The notes below the pieces were generated by a model. The model ran no database searches, was not told where the DNA came from, and saw only the letters and a list, made by a program, of their open reading frames with translations. Of a stretch of DNA of 64,000 bases, positions 8,710 to 16,783 are shown one piece after another. Where the stretch lies: positions 1 through 64,000 of IMG/VR virus record IMGVR_UViG_3300044693_000261; one strand, given 5' to 3'. Every line of letters begins with the position of its first letter. The stretch's first letter is position 1. Made by a program: the position numbers and the translations under genes. The stretch is from a virus (Duplodnaviria; Caudoviricetes).

Positions 8710-10743
8710 TCACGCGCTGTGCTCGCGCACGCGACCCCGGAACATGTACTGGCCGTCGCCCACGCGCTCGATCTCGCCGGACTCCAGCAGGGCCTCGATC
8801 CGGCGGTGCACCGTCGCCCGCGACAGCGTGCTGGCCTCCACCAGCTGCTTGGGGCTCACCGGCTCCTCGGCCGCCTGCTCCAGTCGAGCGCGGAACGCCT
8901 CCTCGGCCTCCGCCGGCTCCAGCTTCGCCGCCGCCGGCGGTTCGTCGTCGAGCTTGGGCAGCTGGCTCAACGACACGTTGGCGATGGGCGGGAAGTCGTC
9001 GCTGAAGACCTCGGCCGGATCGAAGTCGTCACCCAGCTTGCCCGGACGTCCAGTCATCCGATGATCACTCCTGTCTATCTCGTCGGGGACGACCAGCGTC
9101 CTCCAGTACCCGCCGCCGGGCTTCCCGATGGCGTCGTCATCTTCCCCGTCCGGTTCCCCGTCGCGTTCCCCGTCGGCGACCTGCGGTTCCCCGTCGCGTT
9201 CCCCGTCGGCGTCGAGGTCTTCCCCGTCAAGATCGTCGAGTTCCCCGAGCGGGTCCCGCTCGCGGGTGGCGTACGGCTTCCCCGCGACGCGGAAGGTGTC
9301 GGGGTCGAGCTCGGGCTGTTCCCCGTGGTAGAGCCGGTCCAGCGCGGCGGTGATCTCCTCGTCGAGGTAGGGCACACGCCACTTGGTCGGGACCACGTCG
9401 CCAATTTCGATATATCCGACACCGGGGGTGTCGGCCGAGATAGCAGCCGTGTCGACCTGGTCATAACCGTTCAGAATATTCTTCGACTCGCCGCTCTTGT
9501 TGGTGCGGAAACAGACCCGCACGCCGAGCTGGCCCTTAATCTGCGAGGAACCCAGCGCCTCCAGTGTCGGATACTGCGTGGCGAAGATCAGAATGACGCC
9601 GACCGACCGGGCGCGCCGAGCGATCGACTTGAGCTGATTCAGTGCATTCGTCAGATCGCCGTCGCCGGTCAGCTCGGCGCATTCGTCGATGATGGCGACG
9701 ATCACCGGATGACTGGCCGAGGGCTTCCACACCTTCGACCGCCACAGTCGCCGCGACAGGCCACCGCGCTCGCTGACGATCCGGTAGATCGTCTCCACCA
9801 TCTTGACGGCCTCGGGCTTGTCGACCGCCAGCCAGCCGCCGTCGCCGGCCGAGCGGGCCCACTGACCGAACTCTTGGCCACCCTTGAGGTCGATCAGCCA
9901 CGGCACGGCATCGACGGCCGACAGCACGTTGGCGATGATCAGGTTGAGGAAGCTTGACTTGCCCGCGCCGGTCGCGCCGGCGACCAGCATGTGCAGGCCG
10001 CCCCAGCCCTCCTTCCACATGTTCAGCCACAGCGGCTTGCCGTTGGTCTGCCGGCCGAGAAAGATCGGCTGCTTGATCGAGGTGATCAGCTTGGCCTGGT
10101 CGAACTCGACACCACTGGCGTAGGGCTCGCGCTCCTCGTAGATCAGGTGCGTGATGTGCGCGTCGGGCGTGGCCTCCACTCGCAGCTTGCCGCGCTTGAG
10201 TCGCAGCAGCTTCTCGATCCTGCTCACCGACCGGGTCAGGTCATCGGCGGACGCGCCGTCGATCGTCGCCCGCCAGCCGGCCTCGGTCACCCGGAACGCG
10301 CCCTTGGGCATCTTCGCGCCGATCTCGCCGATGGCCTTGGCCACGCCTGGCCACGCCTCGACGACACGCTCCATCTGGATGCGCTGCTCCAGTCGGCCGT
10401 TGGTCGCGAACAGCACGGTGTAGAGCAGGGTGCCGACGAACCACGTCCAGAACATGCCGGCGTGCCAGGGCGAGATCAGGCTGGCGGTGACCAGCCACGC
10501 GGTGATGCTGGTGGTGACCGCGACGCCGAACGCCCTGCTGGGGCCGTCCTGCACGAAGTGCGTGAGCAGCGCCAGCGCGGCCACCAGCGAGGGCAGCAGC
10601 ACGGCGAGCGTGAGCTGCCAGCCAACCTGCGGCAGGCAGGACACGCCGCCGGCGGCGTAGACCAGCGCCGCCAGCGTCAGCGGATACGTCGCTCGGCGGT
10701 GACGCCGGTAGGCGTCCCAGTAGGTGCCGACGTTTGCGGCCAC
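8710..10743 (-). CDS. traB: TraB-type FtsK/SpoIIIE conjugative DNA translocase
   Basis: N-terminal TM helices, HMLVAGATGAGKS Walker A, LIDLKGG, IIDECAEL Walker B, ARSVGVILIFATQYPT, C-terminal wHTH (LSRATVHRRIEAL..GEIERVGDGQY). Confidence 0.88.
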   Translation of the reverse strand: MAANVGTYWDAYRRHRRATYPLTLAALVYAAGGVSCLPQVGWQLTLAVLLPSLVAALALLTHFVQDGPSRAFGVAVTTSITAWLVTASLISPWHAGMFWTWFVGTLLYTVLFATNGRLEQRIQMERVVEAWPGVAKAIGEIGAKMPKGAFRVTEAGWRATIDGASADDLTRSVSRIEKLLRLKRGKLRVEATPDAHITHLIYEEREPYASGVEFDQAKLITSIKQPIFLGRQTNGKPLWLNMWKEGWGGLHMLVAGATGAGKSSFLNLIIANVLSAVDAVPWLIDLKGGQEFGQWARSAGDGGWLAVDKPEAVKMVETIYRIVSERGGLSRRLWRSKVWKPSASHPVIVAIIDECAELTGDGDLTNALNQLKSIARRARSVGVILIFATQYPTLEALGSSQIKGQLGVRVCFRTNKSGESKNILNGYDQVDTAAISADTPGVGYIEIGDVVPTKWRVPYLDEEITAALDRLYHGEQPELDPDTFRVAGKPYATRERDPLGELDDLDGEDLDADGERDGEPQVADGERDGEPDGEDDDAIGKPGGGYWRTLVVPDEIDRSDHRMTGRPGKLGDDFDPAEVFSDDFPPIANVSLSQLPKLDDEPPAAAKLEPAEAEEAFRARLEQAAEEPVSPKQLVEASTLSRATVHRRIEALLESGEIERVGDGQYMFRGRVREHSA
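9142..9327 (-). repeat. array of GACGGGGAA repeats inside traB (candidate TraB recognition sequences)
   Basis: Exact TTCCCCGTC at 9142, 9154, 9166, 9187, 9199, 9220; variants at 9241, 9278, 9319; partly 12-bp periodic. Confidence 0.75.
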
Positions 10744-10764
10744 GGTGGTGCTCCTGTTCCTTTC

Positions 10765-11580
10765 CTAGGCTGTCTTCTGCTCGAAGAACTTGGCCGCGTT
10801 CCTGGGCATCTGCACGCCCGAGCTGTCCAGGAACGGGGCGTAGAGCACGCGAAAGACGGTGCGCGCCGAGCGGATCGGCTCGATCATCTCGGCGGCCTGC
10901 TCACCGGCGCGGATGACGCCGTCGACGACCCGCTTGTCCAGGTCCAGCCGCTCGGCCAGGTCGGCGATCTCCTGCGACAGCCGCAGCGCGCCCAGGACCA
11001 TGTCGTTGAACAGCTGCTCAAGCTCGTGGGCGGTCTCGGGGCTGGCCTCGGCCAGGTAGGCGAATCGCTCGGCCGCCGTGTTGCTGCGCACGATGCGTGC
11101 TCCTCCCATTGCGGTAGCCGCCCCTGGTGGGCTGGCCGTTGTCGTTGTCGTGGGCCGGGGTCCGGTGCCGTGTGTGCGCCGCACCCTCTTGACGCGCTCC
11201 TTGGTCTTGCGCACCTCGTTGTCGAGCGCGCCGGCGTTCTCCTTCTTGCGGACCTTGGCCGGGTCGCACTTGTGCTGGGCTCGGTCGCGCAGATCGTTCG
11301 AGCCGACGCCACAGGCCAGGCAGCGCCAGCCACCGCGCACCAGCTGTTTGATCGTGGGCTGGCGGCTGGCCTTGTTCTCGCCGCCCAGGTCAACCCACTT
11401 GCGCCGCTTGTTGGTCCGCTCGGCCTGCCTGAGCAGCCAGGCGTCGCGGCGCGCTTTGTCGAAGGGAGTGGCCAGAGCCGAGCCGAGCTTCGCGCCGCCC
11501 CAGCCGATGCCCCTGGCGGCAGCCTTCGCGGCGGCGGCGCTGACCTTGCGTCCCACCCTCTTGGCGTTGGTCTTAGCCAT
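10765..11580 (-). CDS. hypothetical protein in the transfer operon (TraA-like position)
   Basis: Lies between the DUF2637 gene and traB; basic N-terminus, CLAC motif, helical C-terminus. Confidence 0.65.
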   Translation of the reverse strand: MAKTNAKRVGRKVSAAAAKAAARGIGWGGAKLGSALATPFDKARRDAWLLRQAERTNKRRKWVDLGGENKASRQPTIKQLVRGGWRCLACGVGSNDLRDRAQHKCDPAKVRKKENAGALDNEVRKTKERVKRVRRTHGTGPRPTTTTTASPPGAATAMGGARIVRSNTAAERFAYLAEASPETAHELEQLFNDMVLGALRLSQEIADLAERLDLDKRVVDGVIRAGEQAAEMIEPIRSARTVFRVLYAPFLDSSGVQMPRNAAKFFEQKTA

Positions 11581-12379
11581 CGCTCTCACCGGTCAACCGC
11601 TTCTCCTCCCAGGCGGGGATCAGGTTCTTGGCATAGCCGTTGGTGCCCGCCTCGCGGTCGACGGAGGCGAACGACACGAGACCGGGGCCGCGCCCGAACC
11701 GCACGTCAGGGTTCTCGGCGACCATCCGGTCGTAGATGCGCTTGATCCGTGCGCTGACGGACTCGCCAATCTCGGTGACGGTGCCGCCGTCGGTGCCCGT
11801 GGCCTCCAGTTCGGCCGGCTGCTCGGCGCGCTGCGTCTGCTGCTGCGGCCGGGCGGCGCGGGCGGCGACCTTGGCGGCGGCCGCGTCGTCGCGGTCGGCG
11901 CGGGCTCGCATGTCGGCGCGGATCATCGCCGCGAGGTGGACCATGAGGCCGAGCACGAGCGGGGCCATGGACGCGAACCCGATGACGACGACGGTCCACC
12001 ACACGGGATCGCCGGCCTTGGTGCCGACCCGCCAGTGCTCGATCGCGTTGCCAATCACCGTGGCCACCAGGCAGAAGATCGCAACGGCGGCGGCGTAGGC
12101 CCGTGTCGTGCTCGACAGTCGGGGGTGCAGCCACGCGCGGGTGGCCGCGAGCACCGCGAAGTCGTAGCCGAGGGGGAACAGGTAGGAGACGCCCTCGGCC
12201 AGGCCGATGTCGTGTCCGAGGTTGCGCAGGGTGTCATAGGACAGGATCGCGGTGGCGATCGCGACCACGCCCATGCTCGCGGTGCGCACGGGGTCGACCT
12301 CGGGCGCGGCGTTGGCGAGCGTGAACCAGCCCCATGCCCGCTGATACCAGCGCGGCGATGATCCGAGCAGGTCGGACAC
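11573..12379 (-). CDS. DUF2637 / Spd-like plasmid spreading membrane protein
   Basis: LSYDTLRNLG..IG....YLFPLGYD, ATVIGNAIEH, four TM segments; AAGGAGG RBS. Confidence 0.78.
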   Translation of the reverse strand: MSDLLGSSPRWYQRAWGWFTLANAAPEVDPVRTASMGVVAIATAILSYDTLRNLGHDIGLAEGVSYLFPLGYDFAVLAATRAWLHPRLSSTTRAYAAAVAIFCLVATVIGNAIEHWRVGTKAGDPVWWTVVVIGFASMAPLVLGLMVHLAAMIRADMRARADRDDAAAAKVAARAARPQQQTQRAEQPAELEATGTDGGTVTEIGESVSARIKRIYDRMVAENPDVRFGRGPGLVSFASVDREAGTNGYAKNLIPAWEEKRLTGESDG

Positions 12380-12543
12380 CGGAACTACCTCCTTCGTGTG
12401 AGACACGGCTCGCACTCCGCGACTCCGATCGGCGGTGCAATTTGCAGACTGAGACACCTACTCTGTGTGGTGTCAGGTGCTATAGTACACCAGTGTCTCA
12501 GGACACGTGTGGCACATCCGCGACAGAGAGCGAGGTACGACGA
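12380..12543. promoter_or_regulatory. divergent kor/tra control region with TGAGACAC half-sites and the GTGTCTCAGGACAC palindrome
   Basis: TGAGACAC at about 12399 and 12450; GTGTC-TCAG-GACAC at 12493-12506; TATAGT -10-like hexamer at 12481. Confidence 0.6.
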
Positions 12544-13302
12544 GTGACGATCGAGCGGAGCGACCCGCCTTACATGCAACTCGCCCTCACACTTCGGGCG
12601 AAGATCCTCAACGGCGACATTCCGGACGGATCGAAGTTGCCCTCAATCCGCGACGCCGCTCGGCAGTACGAGGTCAGCGTGGCCACCGCCACCAAGGGGT
12701 ATGCCCGTCTGCATCAGTGGGGGCTGACGCAGGCGCGGCACGGAGAGGGCACCTTTGTCACCCTGGACGACGTCCGCCACAGCGGGCGGGACCGCATGAC
12801 CACGACCCTGATGACTGGACGATTCTTCGGCAAGACCGGCCAGTACGCCAAGATCATCTCGGCCGAGGTGGTCACCGCCCCCGACAACGTCGCCGACGAC
12901 CTTGGGCTGGCGCGCGGCGCGCGGGTCATCCGCCGTCAGCGCGTCACCCACCGGGCCGACGGCACACCGCTGTCGACCTCCATCAGCTACCACGACGCCG
13001 AGCTGGCCGAGGTCGCGCCCAAACTGCTGGAAAAGGAACGGATCGTCGAAGGACCGGCGTACGTGACCCAGGTGACCGGGCGCGAGCCGAATGAGGGCTA
13101 CGACCGGATCCGTGCCCGTGAGGCCACCGCCGAGGAGGCCGAGCTGCTGGGTATCGAGGTCGGCAAGCCCGTGCTCCAGATGGTCACCCAGGTCTTGTCG
13201 ACCGACGGGGAGTCGGTCGAGTACGGGGTGAGCGTGTCCCGCTCGGACCGGGAGATCACCTACCGCTACCCGCTGGGCGACCTGCGCCGGGAGAGCAGCT
13301 AG
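12544..13302 (+). CDS. GntR/HutC-family (UTRA domain) repressor, KorA/TraR-like
   Basis: PPYMQLA..LR..I..G....GSKLPS...VSVAT..K....L...G....HGEGTFV plus UTRA domain; divergent from spd-tra. Confidence 0.9.
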   Translation: MTIERSDPPYMQLALTLRAKILNGDIPDGSKLPSIRDAARQYEVSVATATKGYARLHQWGLTQARHGEGTFVTLDDVRHSGRDRMTTTLMTGRFFGKTGQYAKIISAEVVTAPDNVADDLGLARGARVIRRQRVTHRADGTPLSTSISYHDAELAEVAPKLLEKERIVEGPAYVTQVTGREPNEGYDRIRAREATAEEAELLGIEVGKPVLQMVTQVLSTDGESVEYGVSVSRSDREITYRYPLGDLRRESS

Positions 13303-13358
13303 AACGCGTCAACGGCCAGGGAGGTCGCCCCCCTGGCCGTTGCGTGACGCTTGTACGG

Positions 13359-13646
13359 TTAACGGCGGTTCGCCGCGATGAACCGGGCGCAGCGCAGCGT
13401 GTGCGCCGCCGCCCGCGTGATGCCAGTCGCGGTGCCGGCCGTTACGAACTCCTCGCCGCACGAACAGCACCACACGCCATCCAGGGCGAGATCGGCGTCC
13501 GTACGGGAGCGCCGGCGAGCCCGTACGGAGATGAGCACCGAACCCAGCCAGCAGGCGGTCCGATACACCACCCATCCGAAAGCCGATGTCGCGCAGAGGC
13601 CGCCGACGATCATGGCGATCAGGCCGAGCAGCTCACCCACCCACAC
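13359..13646 (-). CDS. hypothetical membrane protein
   Basis: Hydrophobic N-terminus and CCSC motif. Confidence 0.5.
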   Translation of the reverse strand: MWVGELLGLIAMIVGGLCATSAFGWVVYRTACWLGSVLISVRARRRSRTDADLALDGVWCCSCGEEFVTAGTATGITRAAAHTLRCARFIAANRR

Positions 13647-14187
13647 GGCATCCCTCGCACTTCTCCCAGTGCTCGCGCGCGACCTCCACAGTCCGCGTGA
13701 CCAGCTCGATCGGATTTCGGGTCTGACACTTCACCGGCCACTGTGCACCCGATCGGCACGTCACGACAGCCCCCAGCCAGAGGCCGAACACCGGCGTGGC
13801 GGATGCCACCGACAGGGTGCTGGTCATCGGCGCGAACATGTGGCTGACCGACAGCAGCGCGCGAGCCTGGTTGCATCGCTGGCCGCGCCGGTGGTCGACC
13901 CACACCTGGCCGAAGGCGAAGGCCACGCCACCCAGGCCGACCAGGCCGATGATGCTGGCGGCGACGTAGAGCAGCGCCGCCGGCATCGTCTCGGAAACCG
14001 GAATCGACGGCAGAACGACGGCGGCGACGGCGGCGGCCGCGACGAGGCCGCACCATGGTGCCCAGTGGCGTGGGTGGCAGTCGGCGATCACCGCGAGTTG
14101 CGCGTTGCGCCACTCGTCAACGAGGGCATCGTGCAGCGGCTTGCGCGTGAGTTCGACAGTGGTGGTCACCCGGCGCGTCATCGCCAC
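13633..14187 (-). CDS. hypothetical membrane protein
   Basis: Two TM segments; overlaps its neighbours. Confidence 0.55.
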   Translation of the reverse strand: MAMTRRVTTTVELTRKPLHDALVDEWRNAQLAVIADCHPRHWAPWCGLVAAAAVAAVVLPSIPVSETMPAALLYVAASIIGLVGLGGVAFAFGQVWVDHRRGQRCNQARALLSVSHMFAPMTSTLSVASATPVFGLWLGAVVTCRSGAQWPVKCQTRNPIELVTRTVEVAREHWEKCEGCRVGG

Positions 14188-14750
14188 GCCTCCTCGGGGA
14201 TGCGCTCGGGCACGTCACCGATGTCGGAGCGGTTGGCCAGCAGCCACGCCCGCACGTCGGACCAGGACCGCAGCAGGTGCGGCAGCGGTCCGGCGGACTC
14301 CAGCAGCGCGGCCGGCTCGGGGAAACCGTCCAGCTGGCTCCAGCGCTGCATGGTGGTGACGGCGCGACCGGCCGCCCGCGCCAGCGTGCGCAGCGACACC
14401 AGCTGCTGCTCGCGCGCGGCCTCGGCGGTGACGGTGGGCAGGTGCCCCCACTTCTCGGTGAACGTGCGCGACCGCTCGGCGATGTTGGCGAAGTACTCGT
14501 CGAGCTGGCTCTTGTCCCAGCGAGGCTCGTTGCCCCAGGTGTAGCGGGGCCGGACGAGGGGCCGCAGCGCCGCCTTGGCGCGCGGGTGCTCGACGCGGTT
14601 GATCGCGTAGAGCAGCGTCAGCTGTCGCAGGCCGGTGCGGTCGCAGACCTGGCCGATGGTCAGGTGCTTGGCCGCCTCCTCCTCGCTGTGCAGCTCGGTC
14701 GCGTGCCTGCGCCACTCGGCGGTGCGCGCGCTGGTGTCGCTCGCGGACAT
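14178..14750 (-). CDS. putative DNA-binding protein with two AlpA/MerR-like wHTH units
   Basis: LTIGQVCDRTGL...PRWDKSQLDEY and LVSLRTLARAAGRAVTTMQRW...FPEP...WSDVRAWL. Confidence 0.65.
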   Translation of the reverse strand: MSASDTSARTAEWRRHATELHSEEEAAKHLTIGQVCDRTGLRQLTLLYAINRVEHPRAKAALRPLVRPRYTWGNEPRWDKSQLDEYFANIAERSRTFTEKWGHLPTVTAEAAREQQLVSLRTLARAAGRAVTTMQRWSQLDGFPEPAALLESAGPLPHLLRSWSDVRAWLLANRSDIGDVPERIPEEAWR

Positions 14751-14767
14751 GTTCGCCTCCTCTGGTC

Positions 14768-15169
14768 TCATCGCTGGTTGCGCGCGTGCTGGTCGCCGAT
14801 CGCGGCGAGCGCGGCGAGCGCGAAGTTGCGCAGGTTGTCGTGGTTGACGTGGAACATGGCGACCGGCGTGTAGTCCGGGTTGCCGGCGGGTCGCAGCAGC
14901 AGCTGGAGCTTGACCAGGTCGATGTCGGCCGAGGTGTCGATCGCGAACGCGACGGCGTCGCCGTTGTCCTCGGTCGAGAGCAGATAGGCGGTGGTGTCCT
15001 CGTCGCGCTGGTAGTAGCGCGGCAGCTTCAGCACGGCGGGGTCGTCGAGTTCGGCCAGTACGGCGTCGGCGATCTCGCCGATGTTGATAGCGGCCTGCGG
15101 CATGTGCTCGGCCAGCTTCTCGACGTAGGGCCGCAGGGCGGCGATGGCCGCGTCGCGAGCGGTGGTCAT
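14768..15169 (-). CDS. hypothetical protein
   Basis: GAGAGGA RBS; promoter motif upstream. Confidence 0.65.
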   Translation of the reverse strand: MTTARDAAIAALRPYVEKLAEHMPQAAINIGEIADAVLAELDDPAVLKLPRYYQRDEDTTAYLLSTEDNGDAVAFAIDTSADIDLVKLQLLLRPAGNPDYTPVAMFHVNHDNLRNFALAALAAIGDQHARNQR

Positions 15170-15271
15170 GGTGCGCGAGTCCTCTCGTCTGGGGTGGCGC
15201 GGTCAGCCTCCCTCTGTCGGAACAGGGCAAGCTTAGCCGGTCTGTGGGTCATTACTCAAGCTCAGGACACG

Positions 15272-15307
15272 CGATACCCCGGACCGGTGATCGGTCCGGG
15301 GTATCGG
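15272..15307. terminator. hairpin terminator
   Basis: cgataccccggacc...ggtccggggtatcg. Confidence 0.6.
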
Positions 15308-15339
15308 TGGGCTCACTCCCGCACGCAGGCTAGTAGTCC

Positions 15340-15609
15340 TCACCAGTCGTAGGCGGTGCAGACGCCCCGCCCGGTCTGGCACACGGCACAGCTGCGCCGG
15401 TGGGCGTCGAGGTCGGCCTGGGTGAGCTGCGGCTCGGCCGAGCGCGGCCGGTAGCCCAGCTCGCGCGGGGCCGCGCCGGCGCGCAACTCGTCGCAGCGGG
15501 CGCAGTCACCCTCGTCGGCCTTGCGGCCGAAGGGCAGCGGCTTGCCGGGCTTGGCCGGGTTGCAGGTGTGGACGGTGTTGCCGGACCTGTTGGTGACTCG
15601 CTCGGCCAT
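15340..15609 (-). CDS. small Cys-rich hypothetical protein
   Basis: CARC, HRRSCAVC; full promoter motif and RBS upstream. Confidence 0.7.
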   Translation of the reverse strand: MAERVTNRSGNTVHTCNPAKPGKPLPFGRKADEGDCARCDELRAGAAPRELGYRPRSAEPQLTQADLDAHRRSCAVCQTGRGVCTAYDW

Positions 15610-15750
15610 CGCGCTCTCCCTCGTTTCGACCGGAACAGCTCAAAGGTAGCCATGACGCAACCTCGGGTCAACCCCTATTCGGAACAGTACAAGGGTTGCC
15701 GGTCATGCTACCGTGGAGCGGTTCCGACACCCACGAGAGAGGACACCCGC

Positions 15751-16701
15751 ATGGCGACATACGACTGGGCCGCGCCGCAGGACGGCCCGGTGCGGCTGCA
15801 CTTCAGCGCCGAGGGCCACTACGACATCACCGTCACCACCGGCCCGGGGATCGTGCGGGCGACCGTCGCGATCGCCATGCCCGACAGCAAGGCCGACCAG
15901 CTGACCGTCGACAGCGAGTCGTCGCTGTCGACGTTCTTCCGACTGCCCAAGGTGACATCGCCGAACGGCGGCACCACGATCATCGGCAACGGCGGCAGCA
16001 TGATCGTCAGTCGCGGCGGCCACGTCAGCACCGTCAGCGGGCGCGGCAACATCACCGTCGTCGACGGCCAGACGTTCGTCGACGGCGTTCGCCTCCAGCA
16101 GCGCGACGAGGGTGTGCACATCGAGTCCGACAAGCCGGTCTACGTCAACGGCAAGCTGATGGTGCCCGCCGACGGCTCGGCCGCCCCGCAGGACGCCGAC
16201 CTCGACCCCAGGAAGATCACCGTAGTCGTGGGGCTGCCCGCCGGCTCCTCGATCGTCAGCCGCGCGGCCGCCGGCGACTTCGTCTCCCGTTCCGTCGACA
16301 AGGCCGCGCTGACCGAGGTCGACGCCAGCACCGGACAGGGCGACGTGCGCGTGGACTACGTGGACGAGTTGAGCGCCGAATCCGGGCAGGGCTGCGTCGT
16401 CGCCGCCAGCATCGGCGACGGCACGCTGGTGACCGGGCAGGGCAACGTGCACGTCGCCAGCTGGACCGGTTCCGGCAGCGCCCGCAGCGGACAGGGCAAC
16501 GTGACCGTCGACTACCTGACCGGCAGCCGCGTCCAGCTGTCCACCGGCATGGGCAACGTCACCGTGCACGGCGGCGGCGCGGGCTCGGCCCGCTGCCGCA
16601 GCGGCATGGGCGACGTGCGCGTCACCAAGGAGGCCGGCAGCGAGTTCACCGCCGAGGCCCGTAGCGGCCTGGGGCGCGTGAGCAACGGGGCGACCGTGTA
16701 G
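15751..16701 (+). CDS. DUF4097 (beta-strand repeat, adhesin-like) protein
   Basis: Repeated TGQGDV/SGQGNV/TGMGNV units; GAGAGGA RBS. Confidence 0.75.
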   Translation: MATYDWAAPQDGPVRLHFSAEGHYDITVTTGPGIVRATVAIAMPDSKADQLTVDSESSLSTFFRLPKVTSPNGGTTIIGNGGSMIVSRGGHVSTVSGRGNITVVDGQTFVDGVRLQQRDEGVHIESDKPVYVNGKLMVPADGSAAPQDADLDPRKITVVVGLPAGSSIVSRAAAGDFVSRSVDKAALTEVDASTGQGDVRVDYVDELSAESGQGCVVAASIGDGTLVTGQGNVHVASWTGSGSARSGQGNVTVDYLTGSRVQLSTGMGNVTVHGGGAGSARCRSGMGDVRVTKEAGSEFTAEARSGLGRVSNGATV

Positions 16702-16783
16702 GCTGCCGGCCGCGCTACTGGTGCAGGTGCGCAACTCGGGAAGTAGGGCCCTCCTCGGCGGCGCGGGGAGGGCCCTCCCATGT

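Noticed and set aside
9142-9327. CRISPR array
   Set aside because: The repeats are 9 bp with 3-30 bp gaps inside a CDS. There is no cas operon, and the Cas4-like nuclease is a normal phage RecB-like gene.
8710-13302. Independent integrated AICE or plasmid
   Set aside because: No integrase, excisionase, Rep or att repeats were seen, and its motifs extend into phage genes. It cannot be fully excluded without comparative genomes.
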